From Carcharhinus longimanus (taxonomy: Eukaryota), in assembly GCA_030264375.1 (NCBI GenBank), contig JASCQW010000027.1, forward strand, positions 26,760,105-26,824,104: a stretch of 64,000 nucleotides of DNA, read 5' to 3'. The position numbers and the translations under genes were made by a program. How positions within the stretch are numbered: the first letter of the stretch is position 1; every line of letters starts with the position of its first letter. Of the stretch, positions 1 through 12,240 are shown piece after piece. Under the pieces are notes generated by a model. That model was not told the DNA's origin, made no database searches, and worked only from the letters and a program-made list of their open reading frames with translations.

Positions 1-76
1 CTTATTGAATGGCGGGGCAGGCTCGAAGGGCTAGATGGCCTACTCCTGCTCCTATTTCTTATGTTCTTATGTTCTT
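1..76 (+). mobile_element. CR1/HER1-type LINE 3' terminus, young
   Basis: GAATGGCGGGGCAGGCTCGAAGGGCTAGATGGCCTACTCCTGCTCC followed by a (TTCTTATG)n tail; the same tail occurs at 13757-13833, 14440-14513, 47430-47490 and 57780-57845. Confidence 0.85.
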
Positions 77-394
77 GCGTCCTAGTACAATATAAGTTGT
101 GAAAGCATCTTTGATATCTGTTTCAGATACTGCTGCACCCAACTGCTTCTTTGCAGTGAAAATGAGCATAACTTAAAGTGAAGCAACATACCAGGCAGCA
201 ACTTTCAGTGAATATGTGACCACAAACTGAAAATTCTGATCTATCATTCTTCTACTCACCTCCATTGCGGCCATGAACAGCAAACACTGCGGACCTGGAA
301 ATTTGGACTTGAGCATCAAAATTTGTTGGAAAGGCACGGTAGCTTCAAGAAGGATCCACAGCAGAAGCATTAAGTTTTCTGTGTTTGATGCACC

Positions 395-670
395 TCTGTA
401 CTTGGGAGGCGAGTGCAGTCGGAGTTCCGCCTTTCAGCTGAAATATCAATGCAAACTCCCAGCTGCTTTCTCAGGTGGGGATAACAGATCTTATGGGGCT
501 ATTCAAAAAAATAGATAGTGAATTTTCCCCAATGCCCTGGGCAACAACCACTCATCCCTCCAGCAATGACACTAACACAGTTCATTTGTTCATTTATGTA
601 CATTCCATTTCTGCTTGGAGAGACTGTGCTGTACATTAATTCGCTGCTATGGATGACTTCATTTCAACAA
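395..670 (+). mobile_element. DeuSINE/SacSINE1-like SINE, old
   Basis: Degenerate Deu-domain pattern (ctctcaggtgg..taa.agatc..atgg..ctattc; cctgggcaac..tcatccctc), similar to the copy at 58650-59000. Confidence 0.6.
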
Positions 671-679
671 TTAAGTAGA

Positions 680-925
680 AGCAAATAAATAAGAATTAAT
701 TCATCCTCTCAAGCTTGAGCTTATTTCCTCATTGATCATCTGTATGTCAATTTTATTCACCCACCTTTTCTCTACATCTCTCAATGCCCTTACATAACAA
801 AAATCTACAAACCCCAATCTTGAAATTGTTCATTGACTCGGCACGCACAGCCCTTTTTGTGACTATTCAATATCTCTGTCAGCCTTTGTGTGAAAAATGA
901 TTCCTGTTTTCATTCTTAACTGGCC
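680..925 (-). mobile_element. CR1 LINE 3' fragment, old
   Basis: Reverse complement of a CR1 3' end (aacaaaaatcta..ttgaa..cattgac..cacagcc). Confidence 0.6.
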
Positions 926-944
926 GATATGAACACTTTGATAT

Positions 945-2432
945 CTGATAAATCCCCAGGGCCTGGTACTTAAGAAAATAGCCCGAGAAATATTGGATCC
1001 CTTGGCGATCATCTTCCAAGGTTCTTCTGGACTCTGGAATAGCCTCTCTAGATTGGAGGGTAGCTGATGTAACCCCATTATTTAAAAAGGGAAGTAGACA
1101 GAAAACTGGGAATTATGGTCCAGTCAGGCTGAAGTTGATGGTGGGGAAAACTCTACAGTCCAGAATCAAAGATTTTATTTGTAGACAAGGGTAGAATTAT
1201 TCAGAATCGCCATGGATTAATGAAGACAAATAGTGCTTGACAAATCTATTGGAATTCTTTGAGCGTGTAACTAGTGGACGTAATGAGGAGGAACAAGTGG
1301 ATGTGGTTCACTTGGACCTGCAGAAGGCTTTCAACAAAGCCCCACGGAAGAAACTGGTGTGTAAAATTAAAGCACATGGGACTGGAAGTAGTATCATGAG
1401 ATGGATAGAAAACTGGTTGGCAGATGGGAAACGAAAGGTAGGAATAAAAGGTAGGCAGTGACTAGTGGGTACCGTAGAGATTGGTGCTAGGACCACAGCT
1501 TTTCACAATATGTATTAATGATTTAGATGACAGAACTAAATGTAATATGCCCAAATTTGGAGATACAAAGCTATGAGGGTGAATTGTGAGGAGGATGCAG
1601 AAATGCTTTATTACGATTTGGACAAGCTGAATGAGTGGGCAAATGCAACACAATGTGGATAAATGTGAGGTTATCCACATTGGGATTACCCACTAGGGGA
1701 TTTTTATAGTAACTTCACTGCAGTGTGAATGTAAGCCTACTTGTGACTCACTAGTAAATAAACATTAACTTTAGCAGCAAAAACAGGAAGCCAGATTATT
1801 TGAATGGCTATAAATCAAAAGAAGGGATGATGCAACGAGGTCCGAGTGTCCTCGTACATCAGTTGCTGAAGGCAAGCACACAGGTACAGCAGGTGGTAAA
1901 GAAGAATGTTCTTGCTATAGAGGGAGTGCAGCGAAGGTTTACCAGGCTGATTCCTGCGATGGCAGGACTGATGTACAAGGAGATCAATTCAGTTAGGATT
2001 ATATTAGCTGAAGTTTAGAAGAACGAGAGGGAATCTCATAAACACCTATAAAATTCTAACAGGACTNNNNNNNNNNGACAGGGTGGAAGGATATTCCTGA
2101 TGGTGGGGGTGTTCAGAACCAGAGGTCATTGTCTAAGGATATCGGGTAAACCTTTTAGGATTGAGATGAGGAGAAATTTCTTCAGCCAGAGAGTGGTGAG
2201 CCTGTGGAACCTGCTACCACAGAAAGCAGTTGAGGCCAAAACATTGTATGTTTTCAAGAAGTAGTCAGATATAGCTCTTGGAATGAAGGCAATCAAATGA
2301 TATGAAGAGGTGGCAGCGGCATAGGCTGAAACAAGCTATTGAGTTGGGATGATCAACCATGATCATAATTAATGGTGGAGCAGGTTCGAAGGGCTGAATT
2401 GCCTACTCCTGCTCCTTTTTTCATGTTTCTAT
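945..2432 (+). mobile_element. CR1 LINE ORF2/RT remnant with internal deletions
   Basis: Peptides KSPGP, TNLLEFFE.VT, DVVHLDLQKAFNKAP, WIENWL, LAIEGVQRRFTRLIP; CR1 3' UTR and tail at about 2390-2430; frameshifted. Confidence 0.92.
1693..1772 (+). mobile_element. V-SINE type-B tail inserted in the CR1
   Basis: ctaggggattttt.tagtaacttcactgcagtgt.aatgtaagcctacttgtgac..taaataaac. Confidence 0.75.
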
Positions 2433-3434
2433 CCTGAGACTGTAAGAAGTGCAATATAACTACATGCTCCCACTCCCCTCCCTTCCCTACCTCCCCACCC
2501 AACTGTTTAAACTGTATTATTTTTCTGCTTTCGTGTAATTTTTTTTTCTTTTTACATACGACAAATTTGACATTATTTACAGTCTTCTCCCTTTGCATAA
2601 TGTGCTGCAACAGTTGAATACCAATATAATTCTGAATATAAAAGCAACAAATGTATGCTTTGGGCATATTTCATAATACTTTCCATGAAATATCCTTGGT
2701 GGTTTATGAATTCCTGATAAGCAATAAAAATTTGTGGAAAACACCAATTTTTCAATTTAATGCGACTTTGTGTACGAGTTACCGAACATTATATCCAACA
2801 TAATGAAGACTGAAGGTTACAAAATCAATAGGAAAAAAGCATTACTGTGTCATGAATACAGTTCCATTACTAAAATCAGTTCTATTTAAAGATATACAAA
2901 TTACTGTGTGCTCTTCAAAGATCACGTCAAGGCTCTTCAGATTGTATTTAGTGCTGATTACCTAGACAGTATTAATCTGTGGTACTACGTTGGAATGAAC
3001 CACAGATTTATGCATCATCCTGCACAACTGGATTGCCCTTCAGAACAGCCACACAGACTGAATTGGCAAAATTGTCTCCTTCAGTGCTATGCTGCTCTAT
3101 AACTTTGTGATGTTTGATTGCTTAACCTCAGCTCTGATAATGTGGAGAAAGCATCAAATTTAAGCACAAATATCTCACAGGGAGAAAGGAAATTGATGGG
3201 AAGATTCCTCAACGCTCAGGTCTTGGAACATTTTTCAATATAAATGAAAGTTGTTCCTCTTGTCCTGTGTATGTCCTTGTAACCAGTGCCAATGTAAAAC
3301 TGGCAAAAGGCTGGGAAGTAAATCTTGCCCATCTGTTCTGATGCAGCTGTGGACCAGGGAAATCAGAGTTAAAATAGTGAGGTAATTTAGTGAAAAGTGA
3401 TATCACAGATAAAACTGAGATGAAATAAAACTGC

Positions 3435-3645
3435 GATCTCTTCAACCATAGAGCGGTGAATCTGTGGAACGCACTGCCACAGAGTGCTGTGGATGCCAGT
3501 TTACTGAGTGTCTTTAAGACAGAGATAGATAGGTTCTTGGTCAATGAGGGGTTACGTGGAGAAGGCAGGAGAATGATTGAATGGTGGAGCAGACTCGATA
3601 GGAGCAGAATTAGGCCATTTGGCCTACGTCTTATGGTCTTACCAT
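3435..3645 (+). mobile_element. CR1 LINE 3' fragment
   Basis: Encodes NLWNALPQSAVDASLLSVFKTEIDRFL (CR1 ORF2 C-terminus). Confidence 0.85.
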
Positions 3646-3727
3646 ATTTCACATAATGGAGCATAAAATTGAGCACCACATTGTTTCTTGATAGTAATAT
3701 TTTATTTAGATAGTTAATAGAAGTCAT

Positions 3728-4010
3728 GAGCAGCAGGGTAGTAACAGTGATTAGCACTGCTGCTTCACTGCGCCAGGGACCTGAGTTCGATTCCCAGTTT
3801 GGGTCACTGTCTGTGTGGAGTTTGCAAGTTCTCCCCGTGTCTGTGTGGGTTTCCTCCGGGTGCTCCTGTCTTCTCCCATATTCTGAAAGACGCAGTGATT
3901 AGATGCATTGACCCAAACAAGCACCTAACTGTGGCGACTCGGGGAAGTTCACAATAACTTCATTGCATTGTTAATGTAAGCCTTACTTGTGACTAATAAA
4001 TAAGTTTTTA
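3728..4010 (+). mobile_element. tRNA-derived V-SINE, type-B tail, near full length
   Basis: A/B-box head (agtgattagcactgctgc..gagttcgattccc), V-domain (tgtggagtttgca..ttctccccgtgtctg.gtgggtttcctccgggtgctcc), tail ..cttacttgtgactaataaataa. Confidence 0.88.
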
Positions 4011-4222
4011 CTTCACTTGTGGCTTTTGTCAATCACAATTCATCATCAGGATGATAAAAGGAACAACAGTGAGGGAGTTGCATTTGATGGAGGCATGTTT
4101 GAAAAGACACCAAGTGGCAGAAGTTCTTAGCTTAACTTGTGGCCTGCTGTGGATTACTCAATGTCGACATTCTCAGCAAGAATTAGTGAAAGAAAAACGG
4201 TTGTGCACTTATATAACACCAA

Positions 4223-4533
4223 GGTGGCATGGTGGCACAGTGGTAAGCACTGCTGCCTCACAGCGCCAGGGTCCCGGGTTCAATTCTGACCTTGGTTGAC
4301 TGTGTAGAGTTTCCACATTCTCTCAGTGCCTGTGTGGGATTCTTCCAGGTGCTCCGGTTTCCTCTCACACTCTAAAGATGTGCAGTTTAGGTAAATTAGC
4401 TATGGGGGATGTTTTGGATTGTGGGGCTGGGGCAGGGGAGGGGGGTGGGGCTGGGTGGAATGCTCTTCAGAGGGTCAATGCAGACTTGATGGACAAATCA
4501 CCTCCTTCAACACTGCAGAAATTCTATGATGAT
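4223..4533 (+). mobile_element. HE1-type V-SINE with CR1/HER1-derived tail
   Basis: tRNA head, V-domain and tail cctccttc.cactgcag..attctatgat; inserted in the tail of a minus-strand DeuSINE. Confidence 0.88.
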
Positions 4534-4790
4534 CCTAAGACACTCCAAAGCACTTTACACATAATGGAGGTACTATTTGCAAATTTGCAATGCAGGCAGC
4601 TAGTTTACATACAGCAAGCTCCCACAAGCAGTAATACAATAATGGCCAGATATTTTGTTTCTGTGATTTTGATTTGAGGAATAAGTATTGGCAAGGGCAC
4701 AGGTGAGAACTCTAATGCTCTTCTTGGAAAGAGTGTCACAGGATTTTTATATCCAGCTAACAGGGTAGACTAGGTCTCAGCTTAAGAGTA
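4534..4790 (-). mobile_element. DeuSINE/SacSINE1-like SINE
   Basis: caaagcactttaca, acagcaagctcccacaa, ttgaggaataagtattggc, ggatttttatatcca. Confidence 0.7.
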
Positions 4791-4999
4791 GAAAATCAAT
4801 GAAGTCTTTGCATTCTCTCTGAATTGAAACATTTGTATCAGGCTAAATTTCATAAATATGGCATTCAACCAGTTTATTTTAAAACAGCTAAATTCCCTCA
4901 GAGTAAAAACCCAGTGAGTCACGTCTGAGGGGATCTGCTCACCCAAAAATTCATGTTAAGTGGAGCTTTGTGGTACCCAAGGTAGCCCTGTTCCCACAT

Positions 5000-5530
5000 G
5001 TTGAGTTGCATTGTAACTCGATATGCCTACAAATGCAGTCCATATCAAAAACGGATTCAAATGCCAAATGAAAATACAGTAGGGCTTGAAAAGTCAATTT
5101 GTTCACATCTTATAATGCCTTGATCTTGTAAAAGGCCAGTGCTTGATATTGAAAATGGCAAGGAGTTTACATCAGAAAAGCTCTGTATACTTTTAATCCT
5201 TGGGCACACATTCATTGGTCTCTTCAGGGTTAGCTACCTCCTTGTTGGAGAATCTATGATTGCATCATCTGTCAGTTCTGTCATGCAGTCTACGACCACA
5301 TTCACCTCCAGATGAAGTTTCCATGGTTGACTCTGCTGGAATTTCCTCGCCAGCTTCCTGCAGGTGAGCAAGAAGGGTCTGATCATTGGACTGGCCTCAC
5401 CCAGGGCCTCCTTACGCGTAACATCTTGTGCAGTCGTAATCAGTTCCTCACAGAATTTAGCCATGCTTCCAGTCTTTGTGGTCGTTTCACAGGAAGAGCT
5501 CAGTCAATTGATAGCATGGCTAGCACTCCA
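5000..5530 (-). mobile_element. Possible decayed Tigger/pogo-like transposase C-terminal remnant
   Basis: Peptide VNVVVDCMTELTDDAIIDS resembles the acidic C-terminal segment of Tigger transposases; weak similarity only. Confidence 0.25.
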
Positions 5531-5959
5531 TGATTTTTGGACACGTGCAGTCTATCTCCACTCTGATTGGTCATATGACAAGCTAAGACAAGTTTGACTA
5601 ATCCAGCGTGACCAGTGTGGAATTTCAGCTTTCACGGGCATCATTCTATTGGATTTGCTATTCTGCCAGCGGAAATGGTTGATGACTTTGACATAAAACA
5701 GAAAATGCTGGATTCAGAAGAAGTCTAGCAACACTTTTACTTTTAAAAATCCCAAAAGATTGAAAGAAAATGTAAGCACACAAAATTATATGTACACAGT
5801 TAAAATTAGTCTTAAAGAAACATTCCTCCCAAAAATACAATAAATATCCTTCCAGGCAACAATCCCTTGTAGAAGTTTAACTATAAAAATTCAGTAATAT
5901 TACCCAAGGCAAACTCTAATAAAGAGGCATACCACAACTCACTTCCACTCTGCTGCAGA

Positions 5960-6430
5960 ATTCCAAGAAACCTCAGGAACAAGATTGCTTTGCACAGCCT
6001 AAAGGGGCCATTTTCCAGCTTCACTGCACCTAGTGCAGATCGCACCGAACCCAGAAAATTGATTGCAGGCCTCAGTGTGCCAGGACAGTGCCAAGGATCT
6101 AGAAGCTGGGTGGGGTCGTGAAGCAGTGGGGCCTCAAGGGGTGTAGCATGTTGAGGGTCATGCAGGGGGACCCACTGAGAGGGTCCCAATGTGTCGGGGA
6201 GGATGTGGGAAAATGCTGCCAAACAGGAGGTGGGGTGGCCTTTCTCCCAGTGCATTGCGATATTAGGGTGCCCTTTCAAAACGGCGCCTTCCCACAACCG
6301 ACATGCAACTCACCCCTCTCCCAAAAATTGATTAAGTTTGGGACAATTGGGGTCCAGTCCATGCAGGTCCGCGCTCTGCTTTTCTCACCATTATGACAGT
6401 CATTTATTCTTCGGTAAAATCGCGGCGCTA
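5960..6430. mobile_element. GC-rich non-autonomous DNA-transposon-like remnant
   Basis: GC-rich island ending in ggtaaaatcgcggc, resembling the termini of the MITEs at 10620 and 29102. Confidence 0.4.
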
Positions 6431-6639
6431 AATCTTTCTGGTTTGACTGATCCAAACTGTAGCTTCTCCCTGGCATAGCCAACAACCTCTAACCTCTCCA
6501 CAATCACACTAGGATACCCCCTTTCCCCTGCAGAGACATCACAATGTAATAGCCTCAATGTTCCAATGTTGGATTCCTGAAGTGTGATATACCCCTGTCA
6601 GGACACCCACATGCACAGGCATACGCGCGCACACACACA

Positions 6640-6750
6640 CAATGTTGGCTCTGTTTTCCCTCCACAGATGCTGTAAGACCTGCTGAATTTTTTTTCAGCA
6701 TTCTCTGTTTTTGTTTCAAATTCCAGCATCCACAGAATTTTGCTTTTATC
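6640..6750 (+). mobile_element. Penelope-type short repeat, family 2 (3' part, no ribozyme core)
   Basis: ctccacagatgctg..agacctgctga..ttttt.cagcatt..tttca.attccagcatcc.cag, shared with copies at 45-46 kb, 56.65 kb and 58.2 kb. Confidence 0.7.
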
Positions 6751-6776
6751 ACAATCTTACTGGACAATATTGCTCT

Positions 6777-6945
6777 AACAACTTATATTTATATAGCACC
6801 TTTGGCATAATAAAATGGTCCAAGGCACTTCAGAACAGCACTGTAAACAAAGTATGACCCCAATGACCAAAAGCTTGGTCGAAGAGTTGGTTTTAGGGAT
6901 TATCTTAAAGGAGGAAAGCGAGATAGAGAGGTGGAGATGTAGGGA
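6777..6945 (-). mobile_element. L2-like LINE 3' end
   Basis: aacaactt.tatttatatagcaccttt..ccaaggcacttca..aaagcttggtc..cttaaaggagg. Confidence 0.65.
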
Positions 6946-7159
6946 TCTTGAAAACACAACTGAACAAACTTACAAGTACTGAAAAAAGTAAAAGGTGACT
7001 TCCAAACATCATGAATCACAAGAAGCATGTAATCACAATAAAGACAACACTTCTCCTTGCATAATGAATATTCTTTGCTAAGTGCACTTTGCACAAGTAC
7101 AAAGTTAAACCCACATAGCAAAAACAGGATTGTTCAGTCAATGGGCTGACTAAGCATAA

Positions 7160-7520
7160 CTGGACTGAGTTAATAGCACTTGCAACCCTAAGTAAAAAAT
7201 GTGTGGGCTCAAGCCCCACACCAGGACAATTTAGATTGTCAGGTCGGTGTTGTGCTGAGGGAGTGCTGTTCTGAGCAGCACCCATTCACTTGAACGGCAC
7301 CATTTGAAGAATAGCAAGAAGTTTTCCTTGTGTCTTAACCAATAATCATTATTCAGCCACCATCACCAAAATAGATCAACGGACCATTTCCCTTACTTGT
7401 TGCCTGCAAGACTTCTGCAAACTGGTTGTAGTATCTACACTTCAAAAGGTAATTAATGGGGTGTGAATTACTTCGGGAAAACCCAAGGACATGGGAGGTT
7501 TTCCATACATACAAGTTAAT
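7160..7520 (+). mobile_element. DeuSINE/SacSINE1-like SINE
   Basis: tRNA-like head (gtgggctcaagccccac), gctgagggagtgctg, tail ctacacttcaaaag. Confidence 0.65.
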
Positions 7521-7785
7521 TTGTGCTTTCAGAAAAATGCTAGGAAAACAAGGTCAAAACTGATACATTTCCCAAAAATAAGTAAAATATAACATATTTT
7601 GGCCAGCATTACAAAAGGTAATCTCTCCACAAGCATACACTTAGTTAGAGAGAAATCTAAATTTAAGAAAAGTAAGTATGCAGCTCCAGTATCAGAGCAT
7701 TACCTATTAAATACACAATCTATAATATACAGTAGCCAAACCTACTTACAAAATTGGGCAGCATGATAGCACTATTGTCTCACAG

Positions 7786-7970
7786 CAATGGGTTAGCTGT
7801 AAAGTCTCGCATTCTAATCAGTATTCTGTAAACTGTGTGTGCCTTTTTATGCCCTTCTCTGATCAGAACTTTCCACACACCTGACGAAGGAACAGCATTT
7901 CCGAAAGCTTGTGGGTTTACTATCAAATAAACTGGTTGGATTTTAACCTGATGTTGTGAGCCTTCTTATT
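7786..7970 (+). mobile_element. Penelope-type terminal repeat, family 1, with minimal hammerhead motif
   Basis: cac-CTGACGA-a-ggaa.cagcat.ttcc-GAAA-gc-TT-gtg at 7878-7913, then aaataaac..gttgga.tttaacc.g.tgttgtgag. Confidence 0.75.
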
Positions 7971-9687
7971 GAGTTGGCACTTCAGCAGCAAGGGACAGAT
8001 CATCCTTTCCATTTCTCCTGCAAAAGCCTTGCCTCCACTTGGCAATTTGCCCAATAACACAGTTGAGATTAGGACTCACCTTCAGGGGAAACATTGAAAA
8101 TAATTTCCAAATGAGTCCCTTTGCTCACCTAAATCTAGGTTCTTAAAAAAAAATCAACTACAAAAATTGGTGATTTTTGTACCAGTTAAGCCATGTTATT
8201 TCAGACAATTTTCAGCAAATATTATCGGCAAGAGATGTCTGGATCATGAATATTTATGTTGTGTCTCCTGTGTTTACTGGCGAATGCAATTGCATCACAA
8301 TTCCCAGGAACATTAAAGGTGAACCAATTAAAATAATTAATCAATTTCACAGCTCATCAAAGTTAATGAACATTCCTTAAAGGGAGATACTTTATTCTAA
8401 GGAAGCATACTCATTTGGATACTATCTAATAACAAAGATAGTTTTCTAAGACACAGAGTCTTTAAAATAGGGGGCACTTGTAAATAGGTTGAATTCCTCA
8501 ATATATAATCAGAATTCAGTAGACAAGAGTGGGCCAAAACCACTCAGACACTTATCAGCCGTTTTACTTGAGTTTTCATTCTCTCTGAGACACAAAAAAG
8601 TAGTTTTCATCTTGCTGCCCATTGTAAGACTGACAGTGGAAATCATTTGCCCATTTTCGTTCCAATCAGGAATTTGCTTACTTCCCAAATGGGTCAAATT
8701 ATTCTACGGTTTTAGGCTGAACAGCCTAAGATGAACAGACCCACATGTCTTAAAGTCCTCTAAATTCAAGGCTAAATTGTAGTTTCAACATCTTTTTGTT
8801 GCTACAAAAACAGCCCTAAATAATTCTTAAAAAGTAACTTGTGTCACAATAAGTTCCAACTCTGGATAAGGCAGATGGGTAACTTACAGAAAGAAGGGCT
8901 GTTCCTCTGTCATGAATCTGTGTTGCGTTAGTTTGACCGTAAGTATGCTCTTAAAGAATTTGCTTCCCTACAGTGTTTTATAAAATGGCATTTAGCCAAT
9001 GAAAGGTTCCCTCTGCAGAACATTTGTTTCACATTATTTATCAGAATATGAAAAATAATTAAAAGATATAACCCCTTTGTCAATTAGCAAGATTAAATGT
9101 GAGCTGTATACACATGAGTGCATAAAGATACCTGACCTTTGTTTATAACTCAGAAAAAACTAGCTGCAAAAAAGAAAAAAAATCAGAATAAAATTTAAAA
9201 AGTGAATGTTAAACAATGGCATGCCTTAAACATATGGTACTGCCACTGCACCCATACCTGCACTTGATTTTGGAGTAAGCAACTTAGTGATTTCCTCCGA
9301 CTAGAGTTTGGTGATTTATATTTGTGCTTTAATGGAATCCATTAGTGATGTTTGAGCAGCGGGTGTGACACTATTGAAATGCCACTTAGCTTCTGTTTCA
9401 CAGCAGAAACATTTCATTAGTGGCAGAAGCAGTTTGTGAGTTTTGAAAGCCTGTATTGTGTTGCACACACTGAAAAGACCACGTTGGCTCATTGCTTGTG
9501 AACAAATACAGACTAAACATGTAAAACTAAGTATTCAGAATACCAAGCCAAATGCTCCAATTCACCTTTAAAACCTGGTCTCTCGGATTTGGTAAGTTTA
9601 AAATCGCAGTCTCTATTTTACTTGTAAGTATTTTTAAGTATGAACAAATGGAAACTGTTATTCTTTAAACTTGCAATACAGTAGCCT

Positions 9688-9795
9688 TAGAAATCATCAT
9701 AGAATCTGTACAGTGCAGAAGGAGGCCATTTGGTCCATCAAGTAAATCAACCACAATCCCACCCCAGCCCTATCCCCGTAACCCGATTTATATTA
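9688..9795 (-). mobile_element. HE1-type SINE 3' fragment
   Basis: atcatagaatc..tacagtgcagaaggaggccatt..caatcccacc. Confidence 0.8.
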
Positions 9796-10619
9796 ACTCT
9801 TAGAGCCTCTTGATCCTTCAGAGCTGAACTGAAAGTTAGCCAGCCAATAACAATACTAATTTTAGTTATAACTTTGAAGAATTATTACACATTGGATATT
9901 GCAGCAATACTTCAGAAATACCTAGGGCCTCAAACCTTCATTGTTCCACTGGCAGCAGTCAAATCAAAAGCATGCACCAAGAAGCAATTCAGGTAACTTA
10001 CTAAAACAATCTATGCAATTTGTTTTGTTTACATAATATGTGTTGGCAAAAAATGTACATGAACTCTTGAGTAGTAGTTTCTACTCATGTTCTACATTGC
10101 TTCATTTTCCTCTGGAGAACAGTGATGATCACACCCTGTAGTACTTGCGAGAGAAGAAATATTAGTTTTGAAGAGTAATCCTGCAAAAGGTTATCATTAC
10201 TACAGACTACACAGAAAAAGAACACAAACAATTGCTTTTTTGTTCTATTTTGCATTTAATTAGGAACATCCTCATTCTTTGAAGAGCAGCTCCATATACA
10301 ATGTGGATCTGTAGTCACCTATGGAGTAAACACATGTGGCTAGCTCCTTTTAAGAAACTAATCTTCTTGCCTTGCTATTTCAGTCATGTGATCTTTCTCT
10401 GCTCAGTGGCAATGGTGGTTCGTTCTGAATGCTTCATTAATTATTTGACTGGAGGAGTGCAGCAGACCTCGTCAAATAACAATGTGAGAAATTTGATGCA
10501 GTGAAAGTAGACCTGACATGGTTTGAGAAGATTAGGCTAGGTAGAAACTTTGAACTTAGGAATGTGAACTTTATGCCTCTGATGATAACTCTTGCTCATT
10601 CATTAATTCTGGACATCAT

Positions 10620-10743
10620 GGGTGGAATTTTCCCATCCCGCCCATGGAAATCATAGCTGGTGGGGATGAACCATGCAAAGGTCCACTGACCTCGAGCAGG
10701 AACTTCCAGCCTTGCAGCGAACGCAGCCAGAAAATCCCAGCCC
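10620..10743. mobile_element. Short MITE-like element
   Basis: Imperfect terminal inverted repeats gggtggaattttcc / agaaaatcccagccc; a related copy lies at 29102-29216. Confidence 0.65.
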
Positions 10744-11115
10744 AAATTTGAAAATGGATAATTTCCAGAATGCAGATGTTAGCACTGGAACTTTTAAAAC
10801 CTCATTGCAATTTGGTCACTGGAGGACCAAGGTGTATGTCATTTTCAGCTATCATATCAAGATAAGAAATCTTGGTGAAACAAAATCTCACTCCTTGCAG
10901 CTGACTTCTGAATAGATCTGAAGGAGGCCTTCTGGATCCTGTCCAACGATGGCCGTGACAAACAGAATGAGCGTTCCTTCTCTTTTTGTCTCAGTCTACC
11001 AGCCTTTTGAAAAGGTCTCTATTAGGGTAGAAACTTGGTGTCTATGTCAATTTGTATGATCTTCTTAGAGATCCTCTCCACTTTGAGCCGGCGGTTTGCA
11101 GTGTCGATGGTAGAT

Positions 11116-11245
11116 GTGATGTGAAGATGCCGGTGTTGGACTGGGGTAGGCACAGTAAAAAACCTCACAGAATAGGTTAAAGCCCAACAGGTTTATTTGG
11201 AATCACAAGCTTTCAGAGTGCTGCTCCTTCATCAGGTAAGTGGTG
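11116..11245 (-). mobile_element. Penelope-type terminal repeat, family 1, with hammerhead motif
   Basis: Minus strand reads tac-CTGATGA-a-ggagcagcactct-GAAA-gc-TT-gtg..ccccagtccaacaccggcatc. Confidence 0.8.
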
Positions 11246-12064
11246 AGGCTCATGCTCATGCCTTTATGCAGCATGGCCCTACCAACAGATTTTCTGTCTT
11301 CCTATTTGACAATCTGTCTACAAGTAGTGATTAGCATTGGTAGCTTGTTTACTCAACATTAATGAGTTCTGATCACAAAAATGGATTGGGTCTTCTGCTG
11401 ACTGCACTGGACGGGTGAGCAGATGTGACAAGCTGGTAACCTGGAAACACAAATTGCTCCGACTGTGTCTCAGAGTTGGCTACTTTTCTTGGCTGAATTG
11501 TCTATGTGTACAATGTCAATAAATCTGCCCTGTTCACTGAAACTGTCTGACATGCTGAGCAGTCTCAGGACTTTTTCTTTCTGCTCAGGAAGACTGAATG
11601 CTTGGAAGAAATTACAACAAGTAACCAAACTCAGAACTGCCTTTTTAAACAAATGGTGTAGTGATGCTCATGTTGATAAAAATAGAATTTGCAGTGACTC
11701 TATGGTCAAATGGATGGTATTTTATGTTCTCCTACCTGGTGCATTTGAAGGTGGGGAAGGCATTTAAATGGGCACAATGGTGGTGGGTGGGACCAGGCTA
11801 CCTGGCTGTCTCCATGCATTTACATCCATGGTAGGAATGTCTGCGGACCACTTCCCACCCTGATGCCAATTGATGTCCTTAAATGGGCAATTAGTGCAGT
11901 TACTTGCTATGCAGCGTGCATGATAACTTTTTTTTGCACAGTTATGTCCTAAAACAGTGCTTAACACAAGCAAACAATTATAATTCTTTGCAGGAATCGA
12001 CTAAAAGGTGAACTGAGTTTACAACACTGCTTTATATTGCTTATATTATTTTTCTTTATATTGC

Positions 12065-12240
12065 CTCTGGACCACCTTAACAGATAGGGCTTTAGTGTAA
12101 CACCACGCTACAAATGAAACATCTCAAAAATGCAGCATTCCCAAGGTTCATTTCAGAATCAACCTTAAAATCCTGGAGTGAACTTTGAATCTGTAAGCTT
12201 TGATTCAAAAGTCACTTGAGTCAACTGTGCCAAGTTAACA
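12065..12240 (-). mobile_element. DeuSINE-like 5' fragment
   Basis: aatgcagcattccc..ctggagtg..ctttgaa..tgattca. Confidence 0.5.

Noticed and set aside
250-275. ATGGCCGCAATGGAG/gtgagt on minus as an internal first exon
   Set aside because: Strong donor but no promoter context; it lies among decayed repeats and is expected by chance in a 40-kb intron.
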